Shown: one piece after another, positions 13,519 through 25,182 of the stretch
Layout: each line of letters begins with the position of its first letter
Position numbering within the stretch: the first letter of the stretch is position 1
Made by a program: the position numbers and the translations under genes
NCBI RefSeq assembly: GCF_001447785.1
Contig: NW_015170280.1
Span: 852,122-916,121, forward strand
Origin: Gekko japonicus
Taxonomy: Eukaryota
DNA length: 64,000 bases
Reading direction: 5' to 3'
The notes under the pieces: generated by a model
What the model saw: the letters and a program-made list of their open reading frames with translations, nothing else
Told to the model about the DNA's origin: nothing
The model's database searches: none

Positions 13519-13733
13519 CAAGCCACCCTGGACATGGCATAGTAGATCCTCGCTGGCTGCGCTCCACTGAGGGAGGAGGAAGCTGTTCTTGTGTTGGCCC
13601 CCATGGTCTCAAAGATCAACCAGTCCCCAATGTGCAGTTCAGGGAGTTCCATGCTTTCTGCAATGCGGTCCAAGCCATCCGTGGTAGGCCCCCAGAGACT
13701 GCTGCTGTACAAGGGGGGATCGGGAGACAGCTT
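13519..13733 (-). CDS. AZIN2: AZIN2 coding exon 8 (KLSPDPPLYSSSLWGPTTDG...YAMSRVAW)
   Basis: ODC-family C-terminal domain; AG/GT boundaries; 215 nt, phase consistent. Confidence 0.95.
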
Positions 13734-13884
13734 CTGCATTTGGGGGGGGGGGAGTTAACAGACAGTAAAAGTGCTCGCCTGATCTGTGATTCCCTGTAGC
13801 CCAAAGGACAAGAGACGGACACAAAATAGCTGAAATTCTCAGACGCTGAATTTCTACATCCAATACCCATTTCTATGAAGATAT

Positions 13885-14020
13885 TCAGGTGGGTAACCAT
13901 GTTGGTCTGAAGCAACAGAACAAAGTTTGAGGCCAGTGGCACCTTTAAAAGCCATAAAGTTTAATTCTGGGTATAAGCTTTTCTGGTCTTAAAGGTGCAA
14001 CTGGACTCAACCTTTGTTCC
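13885..14020. mobile_element. Penelope-like element terminal fragment with inverted duplication
   Basis: GAACAAAGTTTGAGGCCAGTGGCACCTTTAA... inverted against ...TTAAAGGTGCAACTGGACTCAACCTTTGTTC; same motif recurs near 27875, 29830, 36055 and 48360. Confidence 0.6.
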
Positions 14021-15529
14021 ATTTCTATGGTTGCACATGGAGCCACATATCAGCACAGGTCCTACTGACGATATCAAAAGACCATGAGGCAACCAACAAT
14101 TTAAAGGCAGTGTCCAACAAAAATATGTATTTATTTATTTACTTAATTTAATTCAACAGGGGACCTTATTTGGATCAAAAGGTGGCATGTAATTTAAAAA
14201 AAAATAATGAATAAATAATTTTATACCCTGCCTTTCTCACCAATGGGGACCCAAAGTGGCCTACGTTGTTCTGCTCTCCTGTTTTAGGCTTTACAACATC
14301 TACCCTGTTAGGTGGGTTTGGCTGAGAGAGCTAGGGTTGCCAGACCCCTGGCCCCAGCAGCGGTTTCCCTGATTTGAGGGGCTCCTTCCCACTGCAGCCA
14401 GCTGGCTGACGGGGGAAGCGCCACTCAAAAGAGCGACCACCCAGCCACCCCTACTGCAAGATTTAAAGGGCCCTCCAGCTGGCCCTTTAAATCTTACAGG
14501 AGGGAGGGAGGGAGGGAGGAAGGAAGAGGGGTGGCCGCGCACCCGAATGTAGGCATGTGCGGACTCCGCCCCCGCTTCTTCCCAATAGCATTTAAAGGGT
14601 CCCTGTTGGGAAGGGCAGGGGCCGTGCACCTGCACTCCAAGCCACGAATTTGTGAATTTGTGGCTTGGAGTGCAGGCGTGTGCCCCCCCCCCCGCCTCTT
14701 GCCAAAAACATTTAAAGGGACCCTTTAAATGCTTTGGGCAAGAGGCTCCCCATGTGATGATGGCACTTCTGTGTGACATCATCACATTGGGGACATCCCC
14801 ACCCCTTACAGTAATGCCCCCCAAAAGTCCCACGCCTTTGAAGGACCTGGCGACCCTAGAGAGAGATGATTCCTGGAGATCACTTGCGCAAACAAGTCAA
14901 GCCATAAGCAAAAAGAAAGCACCATCAAAGTCGGCTACCAATTGGACCTAGGGGTGGAATGGGGACCAGCAGTCACTGCGAAGGGCAGTCCAGTAATTTC
15001 AGATTACCTCCAAAGACTGCATTTGGACCCATGGGGCAAGCCATGAATGACCCAAGGAGTGCTGCCCTGGCCCCACCCCCTGCCTGGGTTTTATCATAGA
15101 CCAAGTAGCACATTCAGTGATGAAGAGTTGAGCAGGATGCTTTTTTAAACATGTTCAATGTCTGCTTTTTCTTTCCACTCTTTACAAATAGTGTCGGCAG
15201 GCCCAGGCCCGCAGCTGCCAAGGCCCCCTGACTTCCATCCAGCCCCCAGGTCCCCCAGCTCTTTGGGCCACCTGGAGGACTCCCCACCGCTGCCCCTTCC
15301 CCAAGCATAGCTAGGCAGAGTGTGAATACTGCAAAAGTGAGTTTTTTAAAAATATATTTTTTTAATTTTGTGATGTCAGCCCCCCCTCCCCAAAATTACA
15401 GAATCCTGGCTACGGGCCTGTGTCGGTGCCTTGGGCATCTCTGGCAGAGATCAGAAAGCTCTCAGCCATGTCCCCAGCAAACCACTAAGCTGCCTCTCTG
15501 CTGACTGACAGTCTCACACATGAGCAGAT

Positions 15530-15745
15530 GCATGAAGCTGCCTTATACTGAATCAGACCCTTGGTCCATCGAGATCAGTATTGTCTATTCAGACTGGCAG
15601 CAGCTCTCCAGGGTCTCAGATGGAGGTCTTTCCGATCACCTACTGCCTGGTCCTTTTTAACTGAAGATGCTGGGGACTGAACCTGGGACCTTCTACATGC
15701 CAGTCAGGTGCTCTGTCACTGAGCTATGGTCTCCCCCTCTCCCTC
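15530..15745 (-). mobile_element. tRNA-derived SINE (Squam3-like); copies near 24108-24318, 46540-46630, 59745-59940
   Basis: tRNA-like head ATAGCTCAGTGACAGAGC...GTCCCAGGTTCAGTCCCCAGC on - strand; multiple dispersed copies. Confidence 0.75.
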
Positions 15746-15755
15746 CCTCCCTCCC

Positions 15756-16090
15756 TGTAATGTATTCAGCCTGACATGCCCGGACTTGCCCGGGCTGGCC
15801 AGGCACAATTCCTATGTTAGCTTCAGTCGAAAGACAAAGGATCCGGAGGATCCTAGCCGGCCCTATCAAAAGGGCTAGCTTCCCAGCCGGGAGACCAATG
15901 GTCACCCGGTTACTGTAAATAGCCTATCAGGAGTAGGGGGTGTGTTTAGGTATGCTTGGTGGCGGGTTTTCTGAACGTATATAAACCGGCCTGCGAGCCG
16001 GTCAGTTGTCTTTGTCCTGAACTAAATAAAGGTATGCTTAGCTGAAATCACTCTCCGTCTGCATACTTTTCACTCCCCAATTTATTTGAT
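15756..16090 (+). mobile_element. possible solo LTR
   Basis: Starts TGTAATG, contains TATATAAA then AATAAA, LTR-like length; 3' end and TSD not established. Confidence 0.35.
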
Positions 16091-16419
16091 ATATGGGAAG
16101 GAGGACAGAGAGTCGCAGAATGTGGCTCAGTGCTAGAGCATCTGCTTGCCATGAAGAAGGTTCCAGGCTCAGTTCTCCCTCCGTCCCCAAATCAGGGTCT
16201 GGAAGAATCAAAATGCAATCTAATCAAAGTCACAAACTAAGATTATTATTTAAAACTACACAGGTGTTCACATTATATAATTTCCAAGGTATTTGCTAGA
16301 TGAGATCAGCCGTCTCCCACGTTGCCACTCTAGAGAGTTTCCCAGATTCTGTGCCAAGCAAAGGTATGGTTCCCCCTGTGGTTCTGTATGAGAGACCCCA
16401 AGGGCAAAGTTCTCTTTAC

Positions 16420-16532
16420 CTTGTGCAAGACTGGGACTGGGCATGTGTTGTTGAAGATGACAGAGCTAAAGGAACCATAGACGCCATCATTCAGGTGGTA
16501 GACGAAGCTCTTTTTCCTTCTGGGGTCTTCCT
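16420..16532 (-). CDS. AZIN2: AZIN2 coding exon 7 (EEDPRRKKSFVYHLNDGVYGSF...LHK)
   Basis: NDGVYGSF ODC motif; AG/GT boundaries; 113 nt. Confidence 0.95.
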
Positions 16533-17208
16533 CTGGAAGATGGAGAGGAAGTGCAACACAGGGCAAGCTTGTGATGTCTTCGGATACTAAAAACGATGTC
16601 TAACAGAGGAGGGGCCCTTGGGTGATGTCTGCCCTGCGCATGGTGGTGCATCCCTCCTTGTCTTATGGCACCTTTTGACCAGTGGCAAGCATTCATCATC
16701 CTGGCTATGTGCAAAAAAGCCACAGTTTTGCAGGCTACCACCAATCTGGTGTGTGTGTGTGAGGCATTATTTTAGGGGCGGTGTTATGTGGAGTTCTGTT
16801 TTTTATTTTGAATTTCTAAGCTGCTTTCAGCTCCAGAAAAGTTAGGGGTGTAAATATTTTAATTAAATATATGAACCTTCCCTCCATGGAAAACCAGAAG
16901 TGTGGAAAACTGGAGCTTCTGCACATACCAATCAGGATGTGTGTGACTACCCCAACAGCAGCTCTCCAGGGCTGTTTAAGGAAGCAAAAAAAGCGGGGGG
17001 AGACTTAAGCCCCCCCCCCAAGTTGAGGTCCCCATCAGAACCCATAGTTTTGTCACTTGGGGGCTCATTCACAGGCCTCCCATCATAGATGGAACTAGGA
17101 GAGTGCCATGGGCAGAACAGAAAATACTGGGGTATCTGGGGCTCTGGGGAAAGCTGTTTTTTTTTTTTTTTTAGGTATAGGCACCAAATTTGCAGCAAAG
17201 CTGCTAGT

Positions 17209-17544
17209 AAAAAGGTAAAGGTAAAGGTTCCCCTGCTCGAAAGTCAGTCGAGTCCGACTCTAGGGCTGCGGTGCTCATCTCCGTTTCCAAGCCAAAGAGC
17301 CAGCGCTGTCCGAAGACGTTTCCGTGGTCATGTGGCCGGCATGACTAAACACAAAGGCGCACGGAACGCTGTTATCTTCCCACCGAAGTGGTACCTATTT
17401 ATCTACTTGCAATTTCTTGCTTTCGAACTGCTAGGTTGGCAGGAGCTGGAACTAGAGACGGGAGCTCACTCCATCATGCGGCACCCAGGTCTCGAACTGC
17501 TGAACTACTGACCTTCCACAGCCTGCAGTTCAGCGTCTTAACCT
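17209..17544 (-). mobile_element. Sauria SINE
   Basis: (ACCTTT)n tail, core GCAGTTCGAAAGC...GTAGATAAATAGGTACC, 11-bp TSD AAGCTGCTAGT (17198-17208, 17545-17555). Confidence 0.92.
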
Positions 17545-19052
17545 AAGCTGCTAGTGCCCCTCCTCAAAAAAAACCCCAAGTCTCAAAAAGATTGGACCAG
17601 GTGGTCCAATTCTATGGGCCCCCAAAGAACTCCAAGCCAACTGTGCAGCTTGGAGAAGTCCAAAGGAGTTTAAAAGGCTCGCAGTCCCTTTAAACACCTT
17701 CTAGGTGAACCCGCCAGCCCAGAACTAGCCAGGGCAGTGGGAGCTCAGAGCTCCACATTGCCCTGGCTGGGGCTGGCTTGTGGTATACCTGATACACCCA
17801 AATAAAAGCAAAAAAAAAAAAATTGGCTTTTTTTCAGGCTCAACTATATCGGTAGCCAAATACAGATCTCTGATCTGTATTCGACTTAAATAATACCAAA
17901 AAAAATACTGATAAGACTTTTGAGTATTTTTTGGTTCAGTTTATGGGGAATGCACACCCCTATAGGGGAGTGGTTAAATGGAGAGGAAAGGCACCCTCTG
18001 TGGCTTCTGCAATGCACTTTCAGGGTCTCAGAATGAAGTGGGTGGCAGCAGGTGACCCTAATGGAAAATCCATTCTGCATTTTTATTGCAACTCTTACTT
18101 GTACTGTAATGTATTTCAATGGAGCCCATGCAAGTCAACTGGTATTCCTGGCTCTCATTATTTGCAATGGGCCTTCAAGTGTTTCCCATTGTTTCCAGTG
18201 GGCAATCCTGTCCTTCCTTTTAGTACATCCCCTCAGCAGGACCTCCTTCGCCAGCCCGCCTCCTGGCCTCTTCCTGGTGGGACAAGCTGTTGCTGAATAA
18301 TGGCCTCCATTAAGGCTCCAGACTTGATCTTTCCTGCTTACACTGGTTAGATTTAGGAAATGTGGAAATGGAGCTATTGGAATTTCAAGAAAGCTCTATC
18401 TGGAAAAATAAATTATATGACCTGTGTGAAACACTTGAGAAGACAGAAGGATTGCTTTCCTTACTTTGTTTGGATCATCTTATAATTGTGAGCAGCTGTT
18501 TTCAGCTTTGAATTATATCAAATCTGACACCAGAAACAGACTAACAGATGACCTGAGAGCTGCACGTGTTGCTCTCAAACTTACAAAGTATGAGCCAAGG
18601 TTAGAATAATTATCAGCATGCAAATAACAGCAAAAATCACACTAATTGTTCAAAAGCATGCCAAATGCAAACTTTTACCTTTCAATAAAAAGTTGTTTGT
18701 ATCATTGAAAGCTCTGTTATTGTGTTTTTCTTTTAAGACAAAAGATGTTAATGTATGAGTTATTTTTTCTAAACTAAACCCTCAGTATTTAGGTTAAATT
18801 GCCCGTGTTGGCACTTTGCGATAAATAAGTGGCTTTTGGGTTGCAGTTTGGGCACTCGGTCTCTAAAAGGTTCACCATCACTGCCCTATGATATTCGTAC
18901 GGATTCTATAGCAAATAGACCTTTAATATTTGATTCAGGTTCAACAAGAGTGGGCAGTGGGGGGGAGGGGTGCCAGCAGACCACCTGCACCCAGGCTCTC
19001 TTTCGGCATGGAATCCAGACATGATGGAGGGAACATGCTCCTTTGCCAGCTG

Positions 19053-19111
19053 NNNNNNNNNNNNNNNNNNNNNNNNNNNNNNNNNNNNNNNNNNNNNNNN
19101 NNNNNNNNNNN
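19053..19111. other. assembly gap
   Basis: Run of N. Confidence 0.95.
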
Positions 19112-19872
19112 CCCCCTTAAGCCAGGCTGCTCTAGCTTAGCTTTTAAAATCAGAATGGCCAGTCTGGCCTTCCCAGCTGCCTTTTTAAAAATGGACACTT
19201 TCATATTTTTACTTTTACATTTAAATAATACAACTTTTGAATTTATCTTTAAAAGAGGCCACATGTAGGTCAGAGGAAATATGAGAAAAACTTTGGAAGG
19301 AGAGACTCCCTCCCCTCCTGTGTGTAAATGGACTACGGTGACATAGGCGTTTTTCAGATTGCCTTAATGTTCCATTTTCATTCCCTGATGTTACTGTGTT
19401 GTTGTTTTTCTTGTATCCAGTCAACTTCATTAACATCCCAGTGCTGTCCTGGTCTTTCTTTCTTTCCCCCCCCATTCTTTCCTAAACTAGTTTTTCTGGT
19501 ACTTTTTTCCCATTGTGGAATGAATCTGCCAGATAGCCTCTTGCTTGGAATGTGAATATTTTCCCCCACCTTGTGGATTGCCACCCAAAACCCACCCAGA
19601 AAGGGCAGGTTTGGGCAACGAACTTTAAAAATATATATTTGCATGCCGGCACTGAAACGTTTCAGTGCTGGAGGGCGCCTGTGCTGAAACAAACAGTCAG
19701 TCCCATTGGGAGGTGTGCTGCCCCAGCCAGCATTTAACTGAAGTTAAATAGAACTGCCATATATCTTTAAGAGCAGTGGTCCCTGGGAATTGAAGTCTTT
19801 AGTTAGACATCCCACAGCATCCCTGTGACTGGCTGATTAACAGTCATTTCTGGCACACAGAGGCGCGAGGAT

Positions 19873-20122
19873 TAGGGCTGCCAAATGCCCCCAGGGGGCG
19901 GAATTCCCCCCCGCTTTCGAGCCCCGATTTCCACTCCCGTGGAATCGGGGCCCAGGGGAAACCCCACCCCCGCGTGCGCGTCACACTCTTTGTTTTCCCC
20001 TCAAATGGCGTGGCCCTGCCCCCAGCGTGCGACTTCACTTCCGGGTGACGCGCTACACGCGCGCGCCTAAGACGCCGGCCGGGAGCCCCCCACTCCCAGC
20101 CAAAAAACATTTGGCAACCCTA
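19873..20122. mobile_element. hAT-type MITE, TAGGGTTGCCA TIR family (CpG-rich copy)
   Basis: TIRs and 8-bp TSD GCGAGGAT. Confidence 0.88.
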
Positions 20123-21527
20123 GCGAGGATTCGAGTTTACAGCTCTCTTCCCGTGGCCTTTGTTCTCTTTTAACGGCAAGGAGGTGGGAACGCGCAATCC
20201 TTTTCACCATGAGCCAGTGAACTGAATTAGATTACAAAAGATGTGAACTTCAGCAGTTATTCAGCCTGATTGACTGTACGTAAGGACATCTTCTGAATGC
20301 ATATGGAATTTAATAAAAAGTGATTTAATTCTACTTTGCTCTGGCCGTGTGTTGAATCACGTCCAGAAAGCGCTGTTGACTTCCGACTTAGCGCTAGACG
20401 GAACAGGAGGCCTGACACCAACTCCTGCAGCTCTGCTTATACAGGAAGCTGACCAAAGTGATCTTGTGGGGGTGGGGGGATGGAATTCTGCAACTCCAGT
20501 TCCTTAAAAACCAGCTCTTGAGGTGTTTACCAGAACAATGTAGAGAGACACTGAAGGAGATACATGTGTCGGTGGGGGAAGATGGGGGGGGGGGGGAGCA
20601 ATATCCTGGCTACTGTGAATGCCCTGGATCCCATACCTACCCCTCGCTTTATACCAGAGTAGATGTACTGAAGCCAATGAAGCTTTGTGCCCTGCCCATG
20701 TGTTCTGGGACAGGCTTGGGTGACACTGACGGCTTCATGAAGTGATACCTCTTAACTCCAAAGTAAGGCCCAGGAAGGGGAACTGGAGCAAGGAAGGGAC
20801 TTTCATGGAGCCTTTCCTCTCAAGAAAAGGCACAGGCACTGGAGATTAGGGCAGGCTTATCCTGGAAGTGCCACTCTCCATACATGCTTACTTGAGCATA
20901 AGCCACACTGAGCCACTCAGAGAGATCACTTAAATGCAGGAAAAGAGGCAACCAATAAGGGTTGAGACACATACACCAGGAACAACCCTCAGCTGCAGTG
21001 TGATGGGCGGGGAATGTACCTTAACAGGGATTGTGCAGCCCCCTTGAGGCTGCTGAAATGCTGCAATGTTTCAGCACATGCACAAAAGCCCCCCGAACCC
21101 CCCCCCACAGAAAATCAATCCTCAATTTGATTGTGAACAGACAGAATCATGACGGTGTGGGTGGAAACATGTAAGCAGGGGTCTTTTGGGGCCGGAGCGT
21201 GCCGGAGTACTGCTCTGGCACCCCAGGAGCCGGCACAAATGGTGGCAGAGGCAAGCCCCACCCCCAGCTCCCCGCGCCAAAGTGCTGCGACCTGGAGGAA
21301 GCCCGAAGAGCCCTGCATCCGGCTTCCCCAGGCCCACGGTGAAGCGCTGCGGCCAGGGGGACGCCCGGAGAGCCCCACCGCTGGGTCCCCCGAGCCCGTG
21401 CAGAAGCGCTGCAGCTTGGGGGAGGCATGGAGAGCCCCGCCACCGGCTTCTCCGGCCTGCGCCAAAGCGGTAAGTAAGGGATCCGTGGGGGCAGGGGTGG
21501 CGGGGGCTTGATGGGGGGGTGGGAGAG

Positions 21528-21740
21528 TCTCCCTCCCTCCCTCCATCTCTTTGCCATCTTTCCCTCCTTTTTTCCTTCTCTCTTTTTATCCCCTCTTTCC
21601 CTCCATCTTTCCTTCTCTTTCTTTCCCTCTTTCCTCTTTTTATTCCTTCTTTTCTTCCTCCTTTCCTTCTTTCTTTCCCTCTTTCCTTCCTTCTTTCCTT
21701 CTCTCTACTCTCTCTCTTTCCTTCTCTCTTTCCTCCTTCT
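21528..21740. repeat. polypyrimidine (CT-rich) low-complexity tract inside a GC-rich MITE-like segment (about 21100-21931)
   Basis: Almost pure C/T; segment ends AAATGACCCCTG like the copy ending near 13256. Confidence 0.8.
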
Positions 21741-22265
21741 GTGGCCCAACTCTAGGCCAGCTGGGGAAGGGAAAGGGAGGCTTTTGAAGATCCCTCCCCC
21801 CCTTTTGCTTCCCCTTCTGACATCAATTCCGGTGATATCAGGGGGCATGGCATATGCTAATAGCCCAGTAGCTCATTAGCATACCATATGCTAATGAGCT
21901 CCTGCAGCTTTTTTCTATGAAATGACCCCTGCATGTAAGTGTGAACTGATTGCACTGATAATGTGATCATTCAAACCAGCACAACACCCATGAAAATGCA
22001 AAAGGTGGTTGTAGTTTGGGAAATGCCATAGCAATGATTACATGTGCAGAAGCACTATAGCACCACAACTACCAGGCAGAGTCCTTGGCACTTATAGTAG
22101 AGTCTGAACTTGGCTCTGGCTCCAGCAGAGCTCTCAACCACTAGGGCAGGAGCTTAGATGCTGAGAAAAAAGGGTCTTTCTCCAGGGTTTACTTTGCAGC
22201 ATGCAAAGATCATTCATGCTTTGCACATCTGCTCAGAGACTGTCCCTTTCTCTGACCAAACCTAC

Positions 22266-22428
22266 CGTCAGAGCCCAGTTGATCCAGGGGAACTTCCTTC
22301 TTGGCAACAACGTTGACCGCAAAGGTAAAGGCTGAATCCACGTAGTAGCGTCCCAGTTCTGCAATTATCTCCACCCCACAGCCTTCTGGGAAATGCAGGT
22401 CTAAGGCAGAGTTGACCACAGTTGTTGT
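22266..22428 (-). CDS. AZIN2: AZIN2 coding exon 6 ([30 protein letters not shown]...)
   Basis: AELGRYYV motif (AZIN2-type of ODC AEPGRYYV); AG/GT; 163 nt. Confidence 0.95.
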
Positions 22429-22704
22429 CTGATTAAGTAGGGAAACGAGTCCAAAATTCTGTTGTTACTGACATGCAGACATGAGGTCCAACTAAGTTCT
22501 CTAGCTTGTGCTCCAGAGCTGTAAAGTGAGCAGTGCACTCATCCCTTCTGTAACAGGATCTCCAATTAGGATGAGGCATGCATGCTCTTCAGTTAAATAT
22601 GCTAGGACTCACTGAGAACCTGCCACAAATGTATAGCTTCCCCTTCCCCTCAACATCTGTCAAGTGTTAACATTTTGGCTTGTATTCAGATCTTTCCTGA
22701 TTGG

Positions 22705-22890
22705 GGTGATCCAGGCTAGCCCGATCTTGACGCTAAGCAGGATCACCCTGGTTAGTACTTGGATGGGAGACGACTGAGGAAGTCCAGGGTCGCTATGCAG
22801 AGTCAGGCAATGACAAACCACCTTTGAATGTCTCTTGCTTTGAAAACCCTACAGGGTCACCATAAGACTTGATGGCACTTTCCACCACTA
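22705..22890 (+). mobile_element. 5S rRNA-headed SINE (5S-Sauria-like); further copies near 25215-25395, 29410-29620, 30490-30690, 48620-48740, 54420-54520, 63430-63640
   Basis: 5S-like GCCCGATCT...GCTAAGCAGG...CCTGGTTAGTACTTGGATGGGAGAC followed by an RTE-like GGCAATG(G/A)CAAACCAC...TTGAAAACCC tail. Confidence 0.85.
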
Positions 22891-23067
22891 CTCGATTCAA
22901 CAGTTAGTACCCTAATATATCATCTACGCAGAAACTAAGATTTCTGTTATTGCTATGAAATTATTATTCAAGTAACTACTAGCAAAATACTCAGCGTTAC
23001 TATGGCCTGAGTGTTCGTGGTGATGGCACTGTTGGAGGAGCATCTTACTTCGAAGTAAGTACTCAGG

Positions 23068-23677
23068 GGGAGCGGTGGCACAGAGGATTTATCCTCTGGT
23101 TATAAGTAGTAACATCTGAGCTGAACAGGCTTGCTGTCAGTTCTAGCCTTGCGCTGGTGTGAGCTGCCAGCCTTGTCCCCAGCTCACCGTCTACCCAGCG
23201 GTTCGACAGCTTCGGCGAGTAGATAAAATGGGTACCACTCCTTAGAGAGAGTGGGCACACTGAAACCCCCCCCCCTCGTGAGGTGGAACGGTGTTAGCCG
23301 GCGAACGGAAGTCCAGCTCGCATGATGGAAAGCCTAGAGAGATCTCCTCGGCGTGAAGAAAAGCCTGTAATGGGCCGTCCGGCCAGGCAATGGCAGTGTG
23401 GCACTACAACTCAAGGAGTCTGGAGAAAAGCTGACGCCATCAAACTCGGCCGAGGAAAAATGCCATTCCGGATCACGTCTCATCTGCATCTGAACGAAAC
23501 CCTCGTCGGCTGAGAATGTGTGCAATTTAAGATGTATATATGTTGTCCTCCCTTACCCTACAAAGCATTGTTAGTCCCTCGTGAAAAATGAGTAACTGTA
23601 AATCGCTCAGAGCCAGCAAGCTCTGCAGGATTGAGTGAGGAATAAATTGAAAGATTATTATTATTATTATTATTATA
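23068..23677 (+). mobile_element. composite SINE: Sauria-like head, unique CpG-rich body, L2-like tail with (ATT)n
   Basis: GGGAGCGGTGGC...GCGGTTCGACAGC...GAGTAGATAAAATGGGTACCACT head; GTAAATCGCTCAGAG...AATAAA...(ATT)n end. Confidence 0.55.
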
Positions 23678-24433
23678 TTTCAGGGAACCCTGGGGGTGGT
23701 GCCATTTAGCTCCAAATGCTCTGTCTCGACATGCTGCACACTTACCCTTTTCCACCCCCTGCCAGTAAGAAAGCTGGGCCATCTGGGGGGGGGGGTAGGT
23801 CTTGCTCCCACCCCAATATGTCCCCAAGGGAGTGAGCGGCAGCCATCCCACTCTATGGGAGAAAGCACAGGGATATCGTGGGAGGGAGGAACCTCCCTGC
23901 CTTGGCACAAGAGGTAAGGGTCAGTTTTCGCCCCCTCTCAGCTGTGTCCCAGAATACCACCTGTCAAAACCCCTGAGACCAGAATCCTGAGTCTGCCCTG
24001 CCCTGGCCCTTCCACTACTCAGTCCCATCCTGGGCTCTGTTATTTGGTGTATGGGTGAAGCGTGTCTTGCTTAAGGCCACCAAAGAAACTTTTTGTCTTA
24101 GGGGGAACATATGAAGCTGCCTTGTACTGAATCTGGACCTTGGTCAGTCACAGTCAGTATTGTCTACCAGGACTGGCAGCAGCTCTCCAGGGTCTGAGGC
24201 TGAAGTCTTTCCCATTACCTACAGCCTGGTCCTTTTAACTGGAGATGCCAGGAACTGAACCTGGGACATCCTGCATACTGAGCAGATACTCTGCCATTGA
24301 GCCACAGACCCTCCCCCATGGCTCTTGCCCACCTTGATCCAACTCCCTCTCCCCTGCCCCATCTAGTAAAGGGTCTTTCTCCACACCAGACCATCTCCTG
24401 CATGAAAGAGGGAATGCTAGAATATACTTGTAC

Positions 24434-24599
24434 CTCTTCAAAGCGTCCTCTAGTCTCTTCGGCACCAGGAAATCCACCTCCAATACCCAAGAGGCACATT
24501 TTGTAGCCCAGCTCTGCACCCATTTTGAAGACCAGGTGAGCATCTGCTATGGATTGAGTGAAGATCTGAGGATCGGTACAGCCGCTTCTAATGTGGAAA
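24434..24599 (-). CDS. AZIN2: AZIN2 coding exon 5 ([11 protein letters not shown]...LGIGGGFPG...RFEE)
   Basis: GGGFPG glycine loop; TAG acceptor, GTACAA donor; 166 nt. Confidence 0.93.
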
Positions 24600-25047
24600 C
24601 TAGAAAAGAAGGCAGGTGGGTAACTGCGTTGTTTTTTGGAAGTGTTAATTCCACCACAGGCCTGAGTCTCTACTCTCCACTCTGTGAGGACCCTTCCTCA
24701 ACCTCATCCCCCTGCTGCTCATGGAGACCACCAAGGACCGAATACTGGCCACCACCTTGGGTGTACTCATGCCACATCCTTCTCCTTTTTCCTCAGCAGA
24801 GAGCTATCCCCCATTATTCTCCTCCATTCCTGAACATTCCGGTTCATCCCAATATGTCCTCCGTGGTTGTCCCTTCTTGCTTTTGGATAGGCATCTCAGA
24901 ATCAGGCCTTGGCTGCCACAGTGCGCTAGGGAGGGAGGGGAGAGGGAGGCCACGGCCTGGCTGGCCAGCCAGAGCACTTTTGCAAGCCAGAGGTGGGAAA
25001 TCAAAAGCCCCCTTTCCTTAATTCATGCAGGAAATTCTGCTACCTAC

Positions 25048-25182
25048 CTGACTCCGACCACCTCCACATTCATATCCTTTGCAGTCTCTAGCAGATGCCG
25101 GCAGGATTTCAGGGTGGCACCAAACCTCATAGTTGGATGGCCAGAGGATCTAGACTCATCAGTCGCTAGGCTCAAAATCATT
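25048..25182 (-). CDS. AZIN2: AZIN2 coding exon 4 (MILSLATDES...MRFGATLKSCRHLLE...VVGVS)
   Basis: Hand translation (absent from ORF track); CAG/GTAGGT boundaries; 135 nt. Confidence 0.93.

Noticed and set aside
21508-21879. Hydrophobic F/L/S-rich ORFs resembling membrane proteins
   Set aside because: Translations of a CT low-complexity tract.
22705-22800. 5S rRNA gene-like sequences (also near 29540, 54450, 63580)
   Set aside because: Diverged, truncated and fused to an RTE-like tail; SINE heads, not rRNA genes.
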